32,369 nt of DNA from an uncultured Pirellulales bacterium (lineage in GTDB: Bacteria > Planctomycetota > Phycisphaerae > Sedimentisphaerales > Anaerobacaceae): positions 8,827-41,195 of the forward strand of contig CAZFHM010000001.1 of NCBI GenBank assembly GCA_964518825.1, given 5' to 3'. The translations under genes were made by a program, and so were the position numbers. Below, in pieces: positions 26,427 to 32,369 of this stretch (its first letter is position 1; each line of letters starts with the position of its first letter). The notes beneath the pieces were generated by a model, which searched no databases, was not told where the DNA came from, and worked only from the letters and a program-made list of their open reading frames with translations.

Positions 26427-27086
26427 ATGCAGCATTACAAACAAGCACAAATCGATATAACGCCACGACAATTGCAGATTCTCAGGGCAATAGTGACATT
26501 TGCGGACAGATATTGCTATTTGCCGACGATCGCCGAACTGGCCGGCCGTCTGAACATAAGCCGAAGCACCGCGTTCGAGCACATCGCCGAGCTGCGAAGA
26601 AAAGGCCTGCTCTGCGAATCGCCCCTCAAGGCTCGCTCTTTGAAGCCGACGCCCAAAGCGCAAAAACTGCTTAACCGAACAATCGCAAAACATCAACAAC
26701 AGCAGTTCTCTGAATCACATAGTATCCCCCTTCTGGGTAAAGTCGCGGCAGGCAGCCCCATCGACGCCGTCGAGAACAGAGAAACCTTATCGCTGCCCGA
26801 CTGCTTCGGCTGCGGTGATGATGTCTTTGCTTTGGAGGTGTCCGGCGACAGTATGGTTGAAGAAGATATTTGCGACGGTGATTACGTCATCTGCAAAAAG
26901 GCAAACACAGCCCAAAACGGCCAAATCGTTGTAGCGCTGACCGATAATGAAAATACCACTTTAAAGAAGTTTTACCGGGAAGATTCCCGCGTCCGCCTCC
27001 AGCCAGCCAATAAAGACTACAAACCTATCTACACCGACGACTGTCGAATCCAGGCCGTCGCCATCGGCCTGCTGAGAAGATTATAG
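26427..27086 (+). CDS. lexA: LexA repressor (S24 self-cleaving transcriptional repressor)
   Basis: N-terminal winged HTH 'LTPRQLQILRAIV...GYLPTIAELAGRLNISRSTAFEHIAELRRKGLL', cleavage region 'LLGKVAAGSPI', catalytic 'GDSM' Ser and 'TLKKF' Lys. Start placed at ATG 26427 (GGGGAAGG plus a 6-nt spacer, the same RBS word as bioY). ATG 26421 is equally in frame. The TTG at 26343 in the ORF track is unlikely. Confidence 0.9.
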   Translation: MQHYKQAQIDITPRQLQILRAIVTFADRYCYLPTIAELAGRLNISRSTAFEHIAELRRKGLLCESPLKARSLKPTPKAQKLLNRTIAKHQQQQFSESHSIPLLGKVAAGSPIDAVENRETLSLPDCFGCGDDVFALEVSGDSMVEEDICDGDYVICKKANTAQNGQIVVALTDNENTTLKKFYREDSRVRLQPANKDYKPIYTDDCRIQAVAIGLLRRL

Positions 27087-27106
27087 AGCATTCTTTCACG
27101 CCCGGC

Positions 27107-27988
27107 TTACGATGCAACGTACTGACCGAGTTGCTTCTGCTTATCGAGAAATCGCAGCCAGTTTAGCCATCCGGCTTTATAATCTTGCGCCGAGATTACG
27201 AATCCGTCGTTGTGTCCCCCTGAAATCTCAAGAAATCTCTTTGGCTCATTGGCTGCAGCGTAAATCTGCTGTCCGAATTCGAACGGTATTATCTCGTCAT
27301 CGGCACTGTGTATAACCATCACGGGGCATTTTACCTCTTTGATAAAAGCAAGTGTATCGTATCGGTACCGGGCGAACCATTTGACGGGCATATACCAGTA
27401 AAATTTCCTGCCCATGGCGACGTATGACGTAAATGAACTTTCTAAAACCAGCGAACCAACCTCGACCTTGCGCGCCAGTTCAGATGCAACGCTGCCGCCC
27501 AGACTTCGTCCGAAGATTATCATATCCTGGGGCTTAACCCCCTTGTCTTTGGTCAGCCATTCGTACGCCGCCATTGCATCAAGATACGTACCCTCTTCCG
27601 TAGGCTTACCCTCGCTTTTGCCGTAACCGCGGTAGTCAAAAATAAAACAGCTCAGCCCAATATCATAGAACAGTTGTATGCTGTCCAGACGATGCATTAT
27701 ATTGCCGCCGTTACCGTGACAGAACAACACGGTGAATTTGGCATTGGGTGCCGGTATATACCAACCGTGGAGTTTCACGCCGTCAGAGGTTGTCAAAGTA
27801 ACATTTTCAAACTTTAGTCCAAGCTCGTCGGGGCAATAGCAGACCGTTCTGACCGGACAGTACAGGAACTTCGACTGTAACAGATAAAGCATAAGCCCGA
27901 AGCCCCCGTAGAGGACTGTGAATAACAGGTACGCCCAGAGCAGGATTTTCCACCATACCATGCTTATTACCACCTTCTTCATATCCAA
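27107..27988 (-). CDS. Membrane-anchored alpha/beta-fold serine hydrolase (Bem46/ABHD13-like)
   Basis: N-terminal TM helix, 'FCHGNGGN', 'FDYRGYGKSEG', the nucleophile elbow 'GRSLGG' and a C-terminal 'HSADDEIIP...GGHND' (Asp/His). Confidence 0.8.
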   Translation of the reverse strand: MDMKKVVISMVWWKILLWAYLLFTVLYGGFGLMLYLLQSKFLYCPVRTVCYCPDELGLKFENVTLTTSDGVKLHGWYIPAPNAKFTVLFCHGNGGNIMHRLDSIQLFYDIGLSCFIFDYRGYGKSEGKPTEEGTYLDAMAAYEWLTKDKGVKPQDMIIFGRSLGGSVASELARKVEVGSLVLESSFTSYVAMGRKFYWYMPVKWFARYRYDTLAFIKEVKCPVMVIHSADDEIIPFEFGQQIYAAANEPKRFLEISGGHNDGFVISAQDYKAGWLNWLRFLDKQKQLGQYVAS

Positions 27989-28052
27989 ACACTGTAAAAA
28001 CTGCTGCGTATTTTAATTTGCTCCGGATAATCAGACAAGCTACAATTTCGAT

Positions 28053-29111
28053 ATGAACAGAAGAAAAACCATAACCGTCAGCGCCGGCCCGGTAAAAATC
28101 GGCTCAGGCCGTCCTGTGGCAATCCAGTCAATGACCAACGTGCCGACCACAGACATACCCCGCTGTGTCAGGCAGGTAAGACAGTTGGCCGATGCCGGAT
28201 GCGCACTGGTCAGAATCGCAGTCCCCACAAAAGCCGATACCACCGCCTTTGCCAAAATTGTTCAAAAAACTAATGTTCCTCTAATCGCTGACGTTCACTT
28301 CAATGCAAATCGGGCAATTGAGGCCATCGAAGCCGGCGCGGCAAAGGTCCGTCTTAATCCGGGAAACATCAAGAATCCAAAGGACGTGTCGCGCGTAATA
28401 GCTGCTGCAAAAATGCACAAGGTCGCCGTAAGAGTGGGCGTCAATGAAGCCAGCATCAGAGACCTCAGATATCCTGACGTCCCCGTAAGCAAACGTATAT
28501 CTTTGATGCTCAAAGAAATGAAAAAGTACGTACGCATCTTTGAAAAACACGGCTTTAACCAGCTTGTGTTAAGCGCCAAAAGCACCGACCCCCTGCGGAC
28601 AATCCAGATAAATCGACTTATAGCAGACAGCTTCGACTATCCTATCCATTTGGGTTTGACTCACGCCGGCCTGGCCGAGGATGCCGAAATTCCTTCGGCG
28701 GTTGCGACAGGTACGCTGCTCGCAGAAGGAATAGGTGACACCATCAGGGTCAGTATAGCAGGCAATCCGCTCATCGAGGTCAATGTCGCAAAAAAAATAC
28801 TCATCTCCCTCGGCCTGTATAAACGGACTGAACCGGAACTAATCGTCTGTCCAACTTGTGCACGCGCGCAGGTAGATGTCATCGCTCTTGCAAAAAAAAT
28901 TAAGAAGTCTCTGCACGGGATACAAAAACCTCTGCGAATAGCGGTGATGGGCTGTATAGTGAACGGCCCGGGAGAGGCTAAAGACGCCGACCTCGCAATA
29001 TGCGCCGGCAAAGACAAAGCCCTGCTATACCGAAATGGGAAAAAAATCGCCGTTGTCAGGGAAAATCAAATCCTGCCTGAACTTTTAAGACTGCTGTGCC
29101 GTATCAGGTAA
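28053..29111 (+). CDS. ispG: 4-hydroxy-3-methylbut-2-en-1-yl diphosphate synthase (MEP pathway)
   Basis: 'RRKT..V..G.V.IGSG.PVAIQSMTN..T.D', 'RVGVN.ASI', 'CPTCAR' and 'AVMGCIVNGPGEAK.ADL'. This is the canonical short bacterial IspG/GcpE. Confidence 0.95.
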   Translation: MNRRKTITVSAGPVKIGSGRPVAIQSMTNVPTTDIPRCVRQVRQLADAGCALVRIAVPTKADTTAFAKIVQKTNVPLIADVHFNANRAIEAIEAGAAKVRLNPGNIKNPKDVSRVIAAAKMHKVAVRVGVNEASIRDLRYPDVPVSKRISLMLKEMKKYVRIFEKHGFNQLVLSAKSTDPLRTIQINRLIADSFDYPIHLGLTHAGLAEDAEIPSAVATGTLLAEGIGDTIRVSIAGNPLIEVNVAKKILISLGLYKRTEPELIVCPTCARAQVDVIALAKKIKKSLHGIQKPLRIAVMGCIVNGPGEAKDADLAICAGKDKALLYRNGKKIAVVRENQILPELLRLLCRIR

Positions 29112-29151
29112 AACCAATACTAACGAAGAGGCTTAGAAAGTTTCATTGCCT

Positions 29152-29838
29152 ATGTTCAAGCGTCTGATGTCTCGTATTATAATCGTTGCAATCTTCAGTA
29201 TTGCCTTTGCGTATATCGAGTCGGCGGTCGTAGTTTATTTACGCGAAATCTTCCATCCGAACGGCTTTGACTTTCCATTAAAGGTTTTTAGCACCGTTAA
29301 TTTTAACACAGGACTTTTCTTTACCGAAATTGGCAGGGAAGCGGCAACCCTGGTTCTGATACTAACCGCTTGCAGCCTGTTCGGCGATAACCTCCGCCGG
29401 CGATTCGCCTACTTTCTTGCCATCTTCGCCATTTGGGATATCTTCTTTTACGTGTGGCTAAAAGTCCTGCTCGACTGGCCCGCATCCATCATGGACTGGG
29501 ACATACTGTTCCTGATTCCCGCCACATGGGCTTCCCCGGTACTGGCCCCTGTCATTGTGTCCCTCACTATGCTCGGCTTTTCTCTGACGATTCTGCTGCT
29601 CGATGTTCGCAACATCTATATCAAACCAGGATTCTTAGGCTGGGTGGGTTTCGCAGGTGCGGCTCTGCTTATGGCCATCCTGTTTTGCCACGCGGGCCGA
29701 TCCGCAGCCCAGGCCGATTACTACAGGCACTTCAACTGGTTCGCCTTTACCGCAGCGGAACTGATTGCAATCTGTTTTTTCGCCGGATGTGCACTCAAAG
29801 CATTTCTGTCAAAAAAGTCTGCACCGTCAAAACAATAA
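29152..29838 (+). CDS. Hypothetical integral membrane protein (about 6 TM helices)
   Basis: Hydrophobic helices run throughout and I recognise no family. ATG 29152 is preferred over the TTG at 29146 given in the ORF track. Confidence 0.55.
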   Translation: MFKRLMSRIIIVAIFSIAFAYIESAVVVYLREIFHPNGFDFPLKVFSTVNFNTGLFFTEIGREAATLVLILTACSLFGDNLRRRFAYFLAIFAIWDIFFYVWLKVLLDWPASIMDWDILFLIPATWASPVLAPVIVSLTMLGFSLTILLLDVRNIYIKPGFLGWVGFAGAALLMAILFCHAGRSAAQADYYRHFNWFAFTAAELIAICFFAGCALKAFLSKKSAPSKQ

Positions 29839-29846
29839 AGCAGGGC

Positions 29847-30938
29847 TTATCTGCTGTGGTTATACCTGCGCCCACTGCCATGGTTGTTCCTGTTTTCCTG
29901 ACCTTCCGAAAAATGTTCGAACTTGCCGAATACCATCTTGCCCTGCGCCGTTTGCAGTGAACTGGTGACGCTGATAGCCACATCTTTACCGATTTTATCC
30001 TGCCCGTTCTCGATAACAACCATTGTCCCGTCAACCAGATACCCAATGCCCTGGCTGGGTTCTTCGCCTTGTTTAACGATGCGGACTTCCATGAACTCGC
30101 CCGGTAATGCGATAGCCTTCAGGGAATTAGCCAGGTCATTCAGATTGAGTACATCAACCTCACGAACCTGGGCAACTTTCGTCAGATTATAATCAGTTGT
30201 CGCCAATCTGCCGTCACGATGTTTTGTGAACAGCACCAGCTTCTGGTCAACCCCGTGAAGCTCCTCCAGGCCCGGCATCTCCTCATCATCTATCTCAACA
30301 TCTATTGCAGGGTCCTTCTGGAGCTTGTTAAGAATATCCAGCCCGCGTCTGCCTCTGTTGCGCTTGAGCTTATCAGCCGAATCCGCTATTAACTGCAGCT
30401 CATTCAATACAAAACGCGGAACTACCAGCGGGGCGTCGAACAGCTTGCTGTGGTAAAGGTCCGCAATCCTGCCGTCGATGATAACGGATGTATCCAGAAC
30501 AAGAGGCCTGGCCCCCTTGGTCTGCTTGGCGAACTCCACGTAGGGGACAACAAAACGCACATCATCTTTCGTACGCACCACGATACTGATGGCGCTGAAA
30601 CATATGCAGATACCGAGCAGCCACTTTATTGCCATAACGGCGTCAGCGCTAAGATTAGTGCTGTACGATTTGGCAAGCACATCTACTACCGGCGCGAGCA
30701 CCGCACTTATCAATACACCCACGAGCAACGCGAAAAAAACCCCTGCCAGCGCCCCCAGCTTCCCCTTCGGCGTCAGAATGTCCACGAACAGAAATACGAG
30801 CATCAGACCGATGCCGCCGTAAACAACAGACCAGAAATCAGCGTTGTTTCTCGCTATAGTTTCGGAACTGACCGTAAGGAGCAAAACCAATACTATAATA
30901 AGTACAAAAATTGTCCTCAGAACCCAGAGCATTACCAT
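29847..30938 (-). CDS. PIN and TRAM domain-containing membrane protein (YacL-like)
   Basis: Four N-terminal TM helices, a PIN domain ('LVLDTSVIIDGRIADL...') and a C-terminal TRAM barrel ('GEFMEVRIVKQGEEPSQGIGYLVDGTMVVIENG...'). A strong RBS (GGAGGT, 7-nt spacer) precedes ATG 30938. Confidence 0.8.
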   Translation of the reverse strand: MVMLWVLRTIFVLIIVLVLLLTVSSETIARNNADFWSVVYGGIGLMLVFLFVDILTPKGKLGALAGVFFALLVGVLISAVLAPVVDVLAKSYSTNLSADAVMAIKWLLGICICFSAISIVVRTKDDVRFVVPYVEFAKQTKGARPLVLDTSVIIDGRIADLYHSKLFDAPLVVPRFVLNELQLIADSADKLKRNRGRRGLDILNKLQKDPAIDVEIDDEEMPGLEELHGVDQKLVLFTKHRDGRLATTDYNLTKVAQVREVDVLNLNDLANSLKAIALPGEFMEVRIVKQGEEPSQGIGYLVDGTMVVIENGQDKIGKDVAISVTSSLQTAQGKMVFGKFEHFSEGQENRNNHGSGRRYNHSR

Positions 30939-31172
30939 ATTTATTACCTCCGTTATAAATTATAAAATTAACCTATAATAACTTGTCTGGATTATAGCTG
31001 TAATACCGGCTTATATCAAGACGCCGGCTGACCTAAATCGATGTTTTTTATATCGTCCCCTGCCGTATTCCACATTAACCAAATGCCGCATACCGGGCGA
31101 TAAATAAGCATATAAGCCGCAAATGCACAAACCAAACAGCCCGTACCCCATTACTGCTGTTATTACCCGTAC

Positions 31173-32369
31173 CTATCCTGAAGTTTTACCCTGCTCTGCA
31201 GATATCACGGTCACAGGAGCGATCTCTTCCAACTGCTCCCTGAGCTTATCTGCCTGGCCCACTACAACTACAATCAGCTTATCCGTCACTACGGTATTAT
31301 TTGTCAGACCGACACAATCTTCTCGACCGGTTCGAGCTATACCGTCCAGAAGCCGTTGCAGATAATCTTTACCGAGCTTCTGCGATTCTATAAGCCACAA
31401 ATCCCTTGCAACCTGTTGGGGTGTCTCTCTGTCTTTAACAAAACTGCCGAGCATATATGATTTGCTTTCGTCAAGCTCCTTGTCGCTCGCCGGCTCGGAT
31501 TTAAGGCGCTTGATTTCTTCGATAACCGCCTTTACCGCCTCGGCCGTCGATTCAGTCTTGCTGAACGTAGTTACCTTGAAAGTACCGGCAAATCTGCTTG
31601 CTTCATAGCCGCCCCAGGCACCATACGTAAGTCCCTTCGCAACTCGAATGGACTCGTTAAGCCTGCTGTTAAAAGCCCACCCAAAATAATTACTTACGAC
31701 CCTGCTGACAAAATAATTTTTATCGTGCCTGGTAATACCGAGGTGCCCCACCCTGATTTGGCTTTGGATACTGCCGGGCCTGTCCACAAGATATATCCGC
31801 GTCTGTTCCGGCTGGGCCAACTCCGGCAGCTTCTGCTGTGGCCTGCTGCCGGCAACACGCCAATCGCCGAATGTCTGCCTGGCAAGCGACAAGGCCCGCT
31901 CTTTGTCTATGTCACCGGCAAAAATCAGAACCGCCGTATCAGGCCGGATATACTTTGCCCACCAATTTTTGACATCTTCAACCGACAGTGAATTTACATC
32001 CTCAATTTCACCAACCGCCGTCCGTGAATACGGATGTCCGCCATACAGCCTTTGGCGAAATTCCTTCTCTGCAAGATATTTCGGTGTCGCCGAAGAAACT
32101 TCGAGCCCGGTCAGGACCTGTTTTCGCAGCTTCTCGAGCTCATCGGCTGGAAAGCTCGGCCGAAGCACTATCTCTCCCAGCAGTCCCATCGCCCTGTCAA
32201 GATTGGCGGTCAAGGTACCCATTTTTACCATGCTCGTATCCATCGAGCCTGAACTGGAAAGACTTATCGCGTATGTCTCTAATTCATCGGCAAGCTGTCC
32301 TTCTGTATAGTTGGCAGTACCCTTGGTCAGCATTTGCATAGTCATTGCGCATGTCCCCGGCTTTTGCTC
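31173..32369 (-). CDS. M16 (pitrilysin/insulinase) family peptidase-like protein, 5'-partial (continues beyond the window)
   Basis: 'MLTKGT...EL...LE..G..LS' and the general M16 N/C-domain layout. The frame stays open upstream of ATG 32345 to the window edge (EQKPGTCA-MTMQML...), so the true start is outside the window. Confidence 0.75.
   Translation of the reverse strand, partial: EQKPGTCAMTMQMLTKGTANYTEGQLADELETYAISLSSSGSMDTSMVKMGTLTANLDRAMGLLGEIVLRPSFPADELEKLRKQVLTGLEVSSATPKYLAEKEFRQRLYGGHPYSRTAVGEIEDVNSLSVEDVKNWWAKYIRPDTAVLIFAGDIDKERALSLARQTFGDWRVAGSRPQQKLPELAQPEQTRIYLVDRPGSIQSQIRVGHLGITRHDKNYFVSRVVSNYFGWAFNSRLNESIRVAKGLTYGAWGGYEASRFAGTFKVTTFSKTESTAEAVKAVIEEIKRLKSEPASDKELDESKSYMLGSFVKDRETPQQVARDLWLIESQKLGKDYLQRLLDGIARTGREDCVGLTNNTVVTDKLIVVVVGQADKLREQLEEIAPVTVISAEQGKTSG

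Noticed and set aside
26199-26699. ORFs 26201..26674(+) and 26199..26699(-) overlapping lexA.
   Set aside because: They are out of frame with or antisense to a confidently identified lexA. Their translations are Arg/Ala-rich, which is typical of off-frame reads of GC-rich coding DNA.
23132-27086. The idea that the secreted muramidase is an SOS-controlled bacteriocin-like module because lexA is the next gene downstream.
   Set aside because: The genes are 0.9 kb apart. No LexA-box candidate lies in the muramidase promoter region, and no immunity or lysis gene is present. Proximity alone does not support it.

Overview
This is a 32.4-kb bacterial chromosomal window with about 30 genes. The gene content (dockerin-tagged glycoside hydrolases, DUF4838, DUF2723, DUF4114) suggests a PVC/Planctomycetota-like polysaccharide degrader, but that is inference only.

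**Positions 1-13.85 kb, almost all minus strand:** a Wzx/Wzy-type surface-glycan locus.
- It starts with a visibly AT-rich block holding a GT2 glycosyltransferase, a Wzy/O-antigen-ligase-like protein, a hexapeptide acyltransferase, a Wzx flippase and a secreted DUF4838-like protein. A GC-rich, decayed IS5/IS4-type transposase remnant interrupts this block.
- A higher-GC nucleotide-sugar block follows. It holds a wlbA/B/C-type (wbpB/D/E-like) trio for a 2,3-diacetamido-2,3-dideoxy sugar, a DUF2723/GT-C membrane protein, and gmd-fcl for GDP-fucose.
- A cysteine-less thioredoxin-fold gene sits on the opposite strand inside this block.

**Positions 14-19 kb:** housekeeping genes. These are a cobO-type adenosyltransferase, a tightly coupled lipoprotein-DUF362-tsaD-nnrD unit, and an AhpD/CMD-family protein.

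**Positions 19-25.5 kb:**
- A dockerin-tagged GH10 xylanase, a small HTH/low-complexity protein and bioY.
- An 801-aa secreted DUF4114-FN3-GH25 muramidase carrying two dockerin-like modules, bracketed by copies of a short hairpin (REP-like) repeat.

**Positions 25.5-32.4 kb:**
- An unusually long (about 0.87 kb) non-coding tract with helically phased A-tracts and several perfect palindromes, then lexA.
- An alpha/beta hydrolase, ispG, a membrane protein, a PIN-TRAM (YacL-like) protein and a partial M16 peptidase.

I found no rRNA, tRNA or CRISPR array, and no convincing multi-gene defence or other clearly novel system. The most unusual items are the multidomain muramidase with its flanking repeats, the bent non-coding tract upstream of lexA, and the mosaic glycan locus. 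All functional calls come from motif recognition by eye; no database search was run.
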